Source of the DNA: Marsupella aquatica
Taxonomy: Eukaryota; Plantae; Marchantiophyta
Direction: 5' to 3'
Assembly: GCA_973895155.1 (NCBI GenBank)
Contig: OZ316892.1
Coordinates: 8,734,148-8,798,147, forward strand
Length of the DNA stretch: 64,000 bases
The notes beneath the pieces are model-generated. The model did not search any database, was not told the DNA's origin, and was given only the letters and a program-made list of their open reading frames with translations. Of this stretch, positions 40,031 through 51,837 are shown piece after piece (within the stretch, counting starts at the first letter, position 1; each line of letters opens with the position of its first letter). The translations under genes were made by a program, and so were the position numbers.

Positions 40031-40318
40031 GGGTATTGAGCTCATCAATAATAAATCACGCTAATAAACATCGATAGAGACGTGTTTCCAGTCCCACTCC
40101 CAGCAGTAGTGTCACCCCAGGGGCAGAGTCTAGAGGTTTCACTCTAGACCGTAGGTCCTTAACTTGTCCCAATTTTCATTGGTGTTTTGTTAGATAGATG
40201 GCCAGGTGGTGAGACACTATTGTGAATTAGCAAGTTGGTCTGGCAACTAAATTTGAAGAAGCAAGCTATGGGAGAGTGTTGGGTTGAGCATCAAAATGGT
40301 GCACAATAATACCTTAAG

Positions 40319-43300
40319 TGTCGTGAGGTAATGAGTCTCCAACAGATCTTCTAGTCCGGGAGGTTTTATATATAGGTGTATGTATCATGTACACCCCTGG
40401 TTAGGGTGACTTAACCAGGGTAAACGGTGACTAGACGTGGGGATTATAACACTCCCCCTTGGCTAAATAGTGGTAGCTATGTAGACAACTAATCCTATGA
40501 GTCTAGTCTTTGTTGATTATGTTTATGGAGTGTATATGATAGGTGTACAAGCGAGGAGGACTGCCTCGTTAAAAAACCTTTATCAACTCTAGCTTAGTAA
40601 AAACTCTACCAATGTAGTAGAGAAAAATATGAGTGCTAAAGGAAAAAGAGTGCAGTCTAACAATCCTCGTCGTAATAAATATCAATGTTAAGTAAAGTTA
40701 GATGCTATAGTAAATCTAGCTTTTAACATTTGTCTCATCAGTAGGTCGTCAGCAGCATATCATCAGCATCATGTCGTCAACATCATCAAGTATCATGTGG
40801 AGCAGCAGCCTCCACGGTCATCATGCGTCGCACGCTCCGTAGTCCAATTGCCTGGCAGTGTCGGTGATGGACTGATGGTGATAATGATTTGGTGAAGAGA
40901 TCCGCACAGTTGTCTGCACTTGAAATCTGCAAAATGTTGATCTCTTTTCCATGTAACTCGTGAGTGTAGAAAAATTTCGGAGCTATGCGCTTCACGCGAT
41001 CGCCTTTGATGAATCCTTTCGTGATCTGCTGTATACATGCTGCGTTATCCTCAAAAATGTTAGTAGGCTTCGTTAGTGGTGGTAGGTCGCATTTGGTGTT
41101 GATGTGGTTTATAAAGGATCGTAACCAAACGACTTCACGACTAGCCTCATGTAGAGCTAAGATTTCTGAGTGATTCGATGAGGTTGCTGTTAGGGTTTGT
41201 TTCATGCTTTTCCAAGAGAAAGCGGTACCCCCTATGGTAAAAACATATCCGATTTGGGATTTTGCGGTATCAGTGTCGGAGAGGTATCCGGCATCCGCGT
41301 ATCCTATTAGCTCGTGGTTTGCACCGAATGAGTAAAATAACCCGGTATCGGTGGTTCCACGTAGATATCTAAATATGTGCTTAACTCCATTCCAGTGTCT
41401 GGCTGTGGGAGTTGCACTATGTCTGGCTAGTAAGTTAACTGCAAATGCAATGTCTGGTCGTGTCTGATTTGCTAGATACATTAATGCTCCTATTGCGGAA
41501 AGGTATGGTGTTTCTGGTCCTAATAGTGGTTCATGTTCTTCGCGCTTGCGAAAAACATCAGTATTATTTTCTAATGAACGTACAACCATTGGTGACGTCA
41601 ATGGGTGTGCTAGGTTCATATTGAACTGTTTTAGGATCTTTTCGGTTTGTGTGGTCTGATGGAGCATCATGCCAGTGGGTAGGATCTCTAGTTGTAAGCC
41701 TAAGCAAAAGTTTGTATGTCCAAGGTCTTTCATCTCAAATGTGGATTTAAGACTGGTAATAGTATCTTCTGTAAGTTGGGGTGTCCCAAATATATTTAAG
41801 TCATCAACATAAATAGAAACGATGACATATTCATCATCCACATGTTTAATAAATAAACATGGTGTAATGGCATCATGGGAAAAACCCATGGCAATCATTT
41901 CATCAGTAAATCTTTGATACCATACTCTGCCACTTTGTTTCAGGCCATATAATGCCTTCAACACGCGGATAGCTAGTCCACGGCGAGTATTCCGTACGGT
42001 TGACACAACGGTGTCATTATTATGAATTACATGTGTAGATGACACATGAGGTGTAACTTGAGATAATTGTGTGATAATCTTATGTAAACATGGGATATGC
42101 GATTTAGCGCCTTGAGCTAAGGCTCGGCGTCGTTGCTCCAACTCGGGAGGTGATCGCATGTATAGACAAGTGTCTAAAGTTCCATATAGATATGCGGTTG
42201 CAACATTCAGTTGTCGCATTTGTAGTTTATGGAAAATGGCAAATCCGATAAGGTATCGGAATGTTGTGCTATCCATAACCGGTGAGTAAGTTTCATCGTA
42301 ATGAATTCCCGGTTGTTGGGTAAATCCTTTCCCTACCAGACGTGCTTTGTAGCGTATAACTTGGCCTTTATCATTTCTTTTGCGAACGAATGTCCACTTG
42401 TAGCCAATGAGGTGTACGTCTTGCGGTGTTGGCTCGACTGGGCCAAAAGTGTGTCTGCTTAGTAGGGAATCTAATTCTCCATTTATAGCTTTTTGCCATT
42501 CAGGCCAATCTGGTCTGTTTTGGCATTCTAAGATGGATATTGGTGCTGGTGTTTCGTCTGTGATATGTGTTGCCACCATTAATGCAAAAGCATCATCTAT
42601 TGAAGTAGTATTTCTATCCCACATCGCACCTGTGTTTGCGTAGTGGATAGAGATCTCTTCATGGGATGTAGATTCGGTACGATTGACATCAGGTGAAGGT
42701 GGTATAGATGAACCACGCCTTCGTGGTTGTTTATCTTTTGATCCCAAGGGTCTACCTCGTTTTGCACGAGGTTGGGATGTACTTGCTAGCTCACTTGATA
42801 ATTCGATGCGAGCAGATGCTCTCGCAGCTGGAATATGTGAGCGGGTAATTTGTGATGTGTCAATGAAAGCGTCAGGAAGTTCTTCCACAATCTTGTGGAG
42901 TTGCAGAATTCTTTGAACTTCTTTCTCCCCTTGATTCGTTCTAAGGTCTTGCCAAAATGGCGAGTGTCTTTCCCACTCCAAAGGTGGTTGTGGGTGTTCG
43001 GGGGTTATTAATGATGGGTAAATATGCTCATCGAAATGGCAATCTAGGAATCTAGCTTTAAAAACATCGCCAGTTGTAGGCTCTATATATCGGATTATGG
43101 ACGGTGAGTCAAATCCGATGTATATCCCCGACTGTCGTTGGGGTCCCATCTTGGTTCGTTTGGGTGGAGTAATGGGGACCATTACTTGACATCCAAATGA
43201 ACGAAGATGTGATAGGTCAGGTTTAATACCATTAGCAATTTGGTATGGGCTATAGGTATTAAAGGCCGATGGGCGGTATTGGATTAATGCATTAGCCTGT

Positions 43301-46300
43301 AATATGGCGTGTCCCCATACTGAGACAGGGAGTTTCGACTGCATTAATAGTGGGCGTGCAATTAACTGAAGGCGTTTAATGACCGCTTCAGCTAGTCCGT
43401 TCTGAAAATGCACGTGAGGTACAGGATATTGTACGTCAATGCCAAGTGATGTGCAGAACTCATCAAATGTTTCGGATGTGAATTCCCCTGCATTGTCCAC
43501 CCTTAGTGTCTTAATGGGGTGGTCTGGGAATTGTGCTTTCACGCGCAGGATTTGCGCCAAGATACGAGGCATAACCATGTTCCTCGTTGAAAGCAATGTC
43601 ACATTTGACCATTTAGTTGATGCGTCGATTAATACCATGAAGTAGCGGAAGGGTCCGCTCGGTGGGTTGATCGGCCCGCAAACATCGGCGTGGATTATTT
43701 CCAAGAATTTGGGTATTTTGGTTGGCAATTTTGATGCCGTGGGCCTTGTTATTAATTTGCCGCGTGAGCATGCAGTGCATGGGGTGCTAGCTGGAATGTG
43801 GCGTGTATTGATTGGAATGCCACTTGAATTCTTAAGTATTTTGCTTAGCATTGATTGGCCGGGGTGGCCAAGGCGTGCATGCCAAAGCGCGGGCAATTCA
43901 CTTGTGTTGGCATTGTTATGCAAGCATTCAATATGAGTTACATAAAACCCGCAGGGGTACGAGAAAAGGGTTTCTTTAATGATATTCCCCGTAGGGGTAT
44001 TTTCAACCAAGTGTATCACTTCCTGATCTCTGGTATCGCCCGTCTGGACATGTAGTCCGTTTGCTCGTATATCTCTAAAACTGAGGAGATTACGCGTTGC
44101 GTTCGGGGCAAAAATAGCAGATTTTATGTGTATAGCTGTACCCTGCGGGAGTCTAATGGAAGCTGGGCCAAAGCCCTCTTCTATTTGGCTAGGACCATTA
44201 ATAGTGGTTAGGGATCGACGTGAGGGTGTGATCTTGTGAAAAAGGTGTCGATCCCGGAGGATAGTGTGCGTGGTTGCACTATCTATAATACATGTGCTGG
44301 GGCTATTTAGATCTGGGGTTGTGGAACTACTTGCCACTAAGTGTGCTTCGGGTTGGGCAGGTAGATCTGAAAAGTCTTAGAATGGGTCGCTGGACCCCAT
44401 AAACGCCCCGTGGGTTTCACGGGGTGGTGCCCTAGAGGTTTGTCCGTCCCTGAGGGATCGTTGATATAGCTCTTTAAGGTGTTGTGGGATTCTACAGTTT
44501 CTGGCTAGGTGGTTGGTCATGCCACATGCATGGCATTTTGGGCGTTCCCATTGTGGTTGGGATTGTGACCAATCATTTTGGCGGTTGTTGTTATATGTTC
44601 TTCCATCGCCGTGTCCGCCGCGTCCACCTCATCCTCCGCGTCTGCCTCGTCCTCCACGTCCTCCGCGTCCACTAAAGGACCGTCTGAAATTGTATTGTGG
44701 GCGTTGGTTAAAGAAACTCCCCCTGTTGGGGTGGTTTCTATGGTTGCCATTCCTACTTCGCTTAATGCCCTGCCTTGATGTGGAGGGTTCAGCGGTGTCG
44801 GTAAGATGTGTTTCACTCTGTGATCCTGAGGGCAGTGTGCCCGCAGGACGTTTTCTAGAGTTAACTAAGAGGAGTTCTTGGTTTCTTTCGGTGACTAGGA
44901 GGTGGGCTATGAGCTCGGAGTATTGCCCGAACTTCATGTTTCGATACTGAGTTGATAGCCACACATTCGATGAATGAAATGTTGACAAGGTCTTCTCTAG
45001 CAGATCCTTGTCTGTGACCGGCTCGCCACATAGTGCGAGGGTTGATGTTATTCTAAAGAGTTCGCTATTGTAGGCTGAAATAGAGGTAAAGTCCTGAACC
45101 CGCAGGTTGAGCCAGTCTTGCCAGGCTCTAGGTAATTCAACCAGTTTCTGGTGGTCGAATCGGGTCTGGAGCGCTATCCATAGTTCGCGAGGAGTCAAAA
45201 GGTGCATGTATTGTCTCTGTAGGAATCTATGGATGTGGCGTCTCAGGAATACTAGGGCTTTCAATTCGTTGGCTTTAGTTAATGGGTCTGGTTGTGGTTC
45301 ACCGGCAAGGATGGGTTGAGCGAGCCCTATTGCAGGGAGTAGGGTTAGCGAGGTTAGGTTTTCTTTTAGGTTCATGGACCATTCTAGGTAGTTGCCGCCA
45401 TCTATTTCTAGGGCTGGAAAGTTAAGTTTCTCTAGGTTGGTCATTGGGGTGGTGGCTCGATTCCTTTTAGTGGTACTTTAGGCTTATTTACTAGTAGGTA
45501 TAGTAGGAAATGACAAAGCACATTTCTGCGGCATGCAAGGTGGGGCTGGGTGGAGAGAGCATGCAAATCCAAAATTCAATTTTAGGGTTTGCACTTAGGA
45601 TTTAGGTTTTCCTTGGTATTTGGTTAACTGCAAAGTTTCTTTTGTATTTGCTCTTTCCTTTGTTAAACTGTGCAGTAATGAAGTTTTGCAGTCTGTGCAG
45701 TTATGGGTGATTCTTTACTCGTACCCTGGTTAATTGCACTTTCGGCTTTGTAAAGTTAATTTTCTTTGTTACGGGATGCAGTTATGGAGGTTTTGCGGTT
45801 ATGTGCGCTTATTTGGTTAAGTGCAACTTTTCCTTTGTAATTGAAATTTCTTTGACGGATTTTTCAGTTAAAGAGGTTTTGCACTTAGCAGCGGTTCTCG
45901 AGGTTTTCTCGACGTTTTAGCAATTTTGTTGCGAGATTTGTCGAGGTGCCGTCTTGCTTCCGGGGCTCCTTCGATCACGATTTCATATCCTCTCTCGAGC
46001 AATGTCTTCTTGAGGTTCTCCAATCAACCCCGGTTGCTCCTTTGCTTCTCTTTGTCGATAGTTTCTTCCAGATTCTCAAGGTACCGATTCTCGCTGTGAC
46101 TTTCCTGAGCGCTTTCTTCGCCTTATTTCTACACAAGCTCCATGGGACTGCCTTTTTTATGGTCAGAGGATCAAATGGTAGGGCTGCGCCTTCCTTCGCC
46201 TGTGTCACAACGCTATCCTGAATTCGTCTTCCTTTAAATCCAACCATTTCCTGGAATCTCCATAGCCCCTCTCAAGTTTCTTTGCCTCTTCGTTGTTCTG

Positions 46301-46960
46301 CTATATTGTCCTTACGAGTTCAAGTCTCAATGTCCCTGTGGCATTTCTTTGAAATTTCGGTGCTGCCTGTCTTTTCCTTTTTCGGCTCTTACAGATCTTC
46401 GATCCTAGTCTCTCAATTCTTATTTCCTCATGATTCCTGGATTCGCCTTGCTACTAATCGTTCTCATTCAATCCTGCCTACTCTTTTTGTTTTCTATTGG
46501 TTCTTCTCGATTCACCGTTGCAATTCAATTTTCTGCGCTCGGTGCTCCGTTGTTATCTTTTGGCATATCCTTATGAATGTTGTTTTTGTTTCTCTGCCCT
46601 TGGTGCTCTGCTTCTCAACCTCTCGCGCTCCTCTTATCACTTTTCGGGTCTGTTTCCTTCATTCGTCATCGGGCATTTTTCTCCCCTATCCTTTCCTTTA
46701 AGCCTTATCGATCTGTTTCCTTATGAGTCTCGATTCTTGCTTTTCTTAATTTCTTGCGCTCCGCTGGGTCCTCGAAAAAAAATCTTAGCCTCCTTGCTCA
46801 GCCTCGGTGAGTCTCGTGCTGATAACGTGTCGTGAGGTAATGAGTCTCCAACAGATCTTCTAGTCCGGGAGGTTTTATATATAGGTGTATGTATCATGTA
46901 CACCCCTGGTTAGGGTGACTTAACCAGGGTAAACGGTGACTAGACGTGGGGATTATAACA
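40319..46960 (-). mobile_element. Full-length Ty1/copia LTR retrotransposon, Bianca-like
   Basis: Identical 133-bp TG...CA LTRs (40319-40451 and 46828-46960), TSD TTAAG, PBS CGTTATCAGCACGA, PPT AAGGGGGAG. Domain order gag-PR-IN-RT-RH. Confidence 0.97.
40786..45444 (-). pseudogene. Copia gag-pol polyprotein in one frame, interrupted by two in-frame stops (44629-44631 TGA, 44377-44379 TAA)
   Basis: Gag, RGG repeat, CCHC knuckle (KCHACGMTNHLARNC), PR IIDSATTH, GAG-pre-integrase WHARLGHP, IN DVCGP/DNAGEF/NGLAE, RT YVDD, RNase H GYADAGY/ADLFTK. Confidence 0.92.
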
Positions 46961-48045
46961 TTAAGGTCTATCTCTTTGTTAGTAATATGTGTCACCATAA
47001 TAGGAACCATAATCAAATAGCTAGGGAGAGTTCCCACCAAAATGACATTTAGTAAACAAACTATGAGAAAGAAAGAGATAGATTACATATTATAGTGTTT
47101 AGATTTTCATTGAGAATTGAGCCGTTCAGAATTTTCAAAGATGATTGTCTCATTTTCTTGTCACATTGATTACACTCATTAGTGTGTACTATATATGAGC
47201 ACAAAAGAGGGTTTTGCTGCAGTCCAGGAGGGCTGCAAAACTCTATAGGAGCATTTTGGCAAACTTGGAGATCCCAAGATTAAATTTGAATTCCATTTCA
47301 CATCATACTAGAAATATGAGCAAAAAGCTGAATTGTCTAACAAAAAATTGTATTGAAATTAGGTCTAGATATTAACAAGTGATATCACAAAATTAGTTCG
47401 AGGACCCCTTGGTTATGTAAATTAGACATCAATCAACAAGTTGGAGGGATGATGGGTTTCACGGTGGACTGGCTTAAGTAACAAGATGAGAGGACAAAAA
47501 GAGTAGACTAATCAGGGTAAAGTTTTCTTGGTTACTATTATGTCTACATAGCCCATATGACATTCCATGCAAAACGTTAAAGTAATCAAGGGTTTTCTTA
47601 AGTTCTCTTGGCATTCCCATGGTAACCAAGAGGTTTCTTACATTCCCTTGGTATTCCTCTGTATATAGTGGCTGAAGAGTTTCTTACGTTACCAAAGAAG
47701 TTGAAGAGTTTCTTTCTACCCATGGTTATTTCAAAAGTTTATCAATCAAATAGAAAATTCAAACAATTTACCATAAAACACTGATAATCAATGACAACCC
47801 ATCCCAAGGTTTTTTTTCTCTTACCTACTGTATGTTTTACCCATTTCTTTGTTTATTTGAAGTGTTACTTTTCAAATTTCCATTGTTTTACATTTACAAG
47901 GTCTGACTGTTTTTCTTTGCCTTGCCTCAAACACAAACAATCATGTTTGACTCTTCTTGCATGACCTATCATTCTTGTTTGTGACCAATAGTGCTGATGT
48001 GACTGCACGTGCTTGCAGTAATTTTAGAAAGAACTTCCCATGGGA

Positions 48046-48388
48046 TGTTGAGTATAGACGACAATCGCAACCGTAAGCACATGACACATCCAACGATCAA
48101 GTAGTCGACACAAGAGATACGTGGTTCCCCTCCCCGAGGCTACGTCCACGGGAACACACAAGAGAGCTTTACTGAACTCTAAGTCCGTCGGCGATTCTAA
48201 GTCTCCACAGTGTAAGTTCTCCTCATCTCTCAAGTGGCTCCATAACAATGAGCCTAAGTTTCACTTATCCAAGCAAACACCGCTTGGCATATAGTGTGCA
48301 TCCTAGTTAACTTAACCACGTCTTTGACTACGGTTAGCCTAACTATGGTTACATGTTGTAATCCTAGACCTTGAGTAAATACCTAACA
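48046..48388. mobile_element. Solo LTR (343 bp), copia-type, TSD TGGGA
   Basis: TGTTG...CTAACA ends, TGGGA on both sides (48041-48045 and 48389-48393), and a GATACGTGGTTC...CTACGTCCACGGG motif common in copia LTRs. Confidence 0.85.
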
Positions 48389-49146
48389 TGGGAGTCCATA
48401 AATAACACTAAGAACATCCTAACCCCCAAAAGGGTATTTGGGACCCGATCCTGGACCCGATATATGCATCTCAAAGCTTCAAAATTACAGATGATTGCAT
48501 TCAGTCATAAAAAATGGCCATAATTTTTTCACAAGTCTAAACTTTTTTTCTTTTTTTCTTTTCTTTCCCCAGTCTCTACATTGACTAATGGTAATGACAT
48601 AAGACAAATCCTTATAACAGAAAGTTATGGACCATGAATTTTGTATTTTGTAGCTTTTTGTAGCCACCTACAACTATAATACCCAATCCCGCCAAATTTT
48701 GTCCATTGTCCTCTTATAAAAACTGTTCTGAGCGGGAATGATCAGTAGCCGTAGGATTTTTTTGCACTTTTCCCCTAACCGTTCAATGTAAAAAGGGGCG
48801 AGACAAGGGTACTCCGTCCTCACTTCGGGCCTGAGGCAGACTGCCCACGACTCCCTCCCTCATAGTTGACGTACCCCATGCAGCCCAGTGCCCAGGAGTG
48901 GAGCCGGTACACAACCTGACCAGTGCCCAGGACTCCTGCCCGGCCCTCGCTTTCTCACTCACCCAATTGTGCAACGCAGAGGCATGGTGCTCATAACTAG
49001 GGAGTAACTAGAGAATTAAAGTCCATCAAATTATCAACTTTGAGAAGCCCTAATAGTGTGGCGAGTGGCAAGGGCCTAGTTTAGTGAGTGGAACACTATA
49101 TCAGTATTTGACTCAGTAGAACACGATATCGGTATTCGAATCAGTA

Positions 49147-49443
49147 GGGTAATTGTAACGTGCGAGCAAACAGTAAAAAATTTACTCGCACGAGCAAAAA
49201 AAATTCCTGCATGACCCCTATTTTTCTACATGCAACTGCCTCGCTATCAACTACCTGGTTAGTAACATCCCTTTTGGGGACTCCCTTTTTGCTAGCGAGC
49301 TCGCTAGCCATCTGCAGCCTTTAAAAAAACACAAAAAATGTAAAAGACACCAAAAAGTAACTGAAATTTGGAACCATTATTGTCTCGCTATCAAAATCTC
49401 CTCCCTATCAAAATCTCCTGTTTGCTCGCAACATAGAATACCT
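49147..49443. mobile_element. MULE-type MITE (297 bp) with 10-bp TSD CGAATCAGTA, upstream of RPA12
   Basis: TIRs GGGTAATTGTAACGTGCGAGCAAACAG and CTGTTTGCTCGCAACATAGAATACCT; TSD at 49137-49146 and 49444-49453. Confidence 0.8.
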
Positions 49444-49483
49444 CGAATCAGTAAAACCCAGCTACCACAGTGAAGCAACATGC

Positions 49484-49582
49484 GACCACAGTCATTTCAC
49501 ACAGTTCCGGAGGTGTGTCGATGGGCAACCGAGACCACAGTCATTTCACACAGTTCCGGAGGTGTGTCGATGGGCAACCGAG
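49484..49582. repeat. Perfect ~49-bp tandem duplication
   Basis: GACCACAGTCATTTCACACAGTTCCGGAGGTGTGTCGATGGGCAACCGA occurs twice. Confidence 0.92.
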
Positions 49583-49878
49583 CTGCTTCGCACGAGCCTG
49601 AACACAACCAACATTTGTACGCTTCGCAAAACCAGCTGATTGATCACGAGTAGCATTGGACCGATAGCCATCGACTTTGCTTCGTTTCCCTGTCGTTCGT
49701 GAGGTTCGTTGAGGTTGCTGACGAAGACGTCGCTGAGGAAGAGGACGGAGCTGATAAGAGTGAGGAAGCAGAGAATGATCGAGTATCGCTGGAGGAAGGA
49801 AGGGAGATGGAGCGGGAGTAGTGTGGTTTAATCGACGACGACGGAGGGAAGCAAAGAATTGGGCCGCAGTCGAAGATA

Positions 49879-51314
49879 ATGGGCAGTCTCAGAAACGGGA
49901 GTGCTTACGACAGTCTGTTCTGCAATTTGTGTGGCACCTCGCTTTCTTTTGGCTCCTCTACTTATGCTACTTGTCTCCTCTGTAACGCTCATCGCTCTGT
50001 GGAAGGTACTAGACGTCCTGCCTACCTACTCACTGACTGACTGAAATCCTGCACTGTGTGCCTTCGTTCTTGCAATTCTTACACCTGGCCTGATAGTCTC
50101 GTCATCCTTGTTGGACACGTCACTTGCATTGTCTCTAATGTGAAGCTTGTGTTTGAGACAGTTCGGAAATAATGTACTGCTGACATTGCGGAATCAGAAA
50201 AGATTAGGCAGATTTAGGGTTGAAGGAGGCATTGAGTCGCAAAATTTTTCCCAGATGTCAATGTATTTGCTTTTGATGTGTTTGATTAATTCGGCTTTGA
50301 GAGAACCACAAACCCTTTTAGGGTTCTGGAACAGAAGAGTAACTCGGCTCGAAAACAGTGTAGAACGGTGTGTGTTTGCCCAACTGAGCCCTCGAAGTGC
50401 TGATTATTTGACAAGGGTTACTAATGTAATTATTCTACGCATTACCAGCTTTTGCAGGCAAGGAGATCTGGATTACGAGTACCTCAGAGGTGAGAGTTGT
50501 GACCAGTGTGAACCTTACAAATGGAATTCCCCCAGCAGTGACGGTCTAAGTGGTGGATGTTAACTAGCTGCCGTTCGCACCGTAGTAGAGCCGAGACAGG
50601 GTGAAGCAAAAGTTTTCCATCGTCATTCTTAGTAAACATAACGGTTAATATTTCGCGGAGTGATGCTATTCCCGGATCATTGTGGTCTCGCATGAGGGAT
50701 GCAGCTACATGTTTCTGAGTGTCTAGTCCAAATTGCAGGATTTGATAAGGCGGTTGGGCATTGAACCTCTCATTCTACCTGAGAGCGAGGCAGTTGGTAC
50801 CGAGGAAGATGATCAGCCTCAGCAGAGAGCAGTGGTTCGTATTTCTTGACAAGATCCTTCAGTCCAGATTTGCAATTTGGGTTTGTAGCTGTCTTTTTCT
50901 TTAAATAAGCCTCCAAAGGAAAGACTCATCCTAACCTGCGATTGTATTTGCTTTCCTTTCCAACAGGTGAACGATGATTGTCCAAAGTGCCAGAATCCTC
51001 AGCTTGAGTACTACACTCGACAAGTGAGTGGGCTTTACTCAACCCAAAGTTCCCGGTTCGCGATTTTAGCTTCTACATAATGTGTATCCAACCTATCTTC
51101 CACTTCATTGGTCCGGAGAAGTAGCTGAAATTCTACAAGGGTCATCGGAGCATTGTCATTGCAGTTTTAGGTGTACAGGTAGAGAGCTTTGTTCACTGGT
51201 TGGTCCCGCTAATGCTCTATGTGTATTTTGGTTCAGTTGCGTTCTGCTGACGAAGGGCAGACGGTGTTCTATGAATGCCCCAAGTGCCAGTACAAATTTT
51301 CACAGAACATGTAG
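49879..51314 (+). CDS. RPA12: DNA-directed RNA polymerase I subunit RPA12 (about 132 aa); exons 49879-50005, 50449-50489, 50739-50834, 50967-51023, 51237-51314
   Basis: N-terminal Zn ribbon FCNLCGTSL...CLLC and TFIIS-like C-terminal ribbon CPKC...[22 protein letters not shown]. Exon phases are consistent. Missed by the ORF track. Confidence 0.95.
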
Positions 51315-51837
51315 CTGATCACCCGATGTCATATTCCAATTGCACGGTTCCGTCATTTCTATGTTGGAGGGTGGAGATTTGGAGAGCAAGCGCACTGTGT
51401 TTGATCTTTTCAGCAGCACAAATTCTGTACTAGATATGCAGCCCGACATGGCAGTTTTAACTGGTAGTTGTCGTCTATCTGATCATCAAGGTGGTTCCAC
51501 CGATTTTGTGGGAGTAGCAGCCAAAGATAGGACAACCAATGTACTGAAAGTTTAATCTTGGTTCCTCTTTTGTGTTGAAATGTCGTACTCGACGTTCATA
51601 ATAGATATGTGGCCCTCGAGTTTTCTGTGAGAGGAAGGGTTCCTTCACAGGTGATGAAAAGCTGTTGTCCCCAGACATGGACCTTGCAGAGAGTATTACG
51701 GGAAAGAAATGGTCATAGCTTACTCCAGTGTGTAAGATTTTCTTGAATACCCGCAATGATCACGGTGAACTGAGAGTCATAACTCTGGGCTGTTAAAATT
51801 GAATGCTTCGCAGAGGGAGCCTATTGTATTCATCAGA

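Noticed and set aside
44338-44628. Programmed frameshift between gag and pol
   Set aside because: Gag and pol are in the same frame (291-nt gap). The break is explained by two point-mutation stops.
48685-48975. Telomerase RNA, RNase MRP or SRP RNA gene (TCCCGCC plus TATAAA upstream, CCCTAA nearby)
   Set aside because: A T7 run follows the TATA almost immediately, and I found no convincing template/pseudoknot, P4 or SRP motifs.
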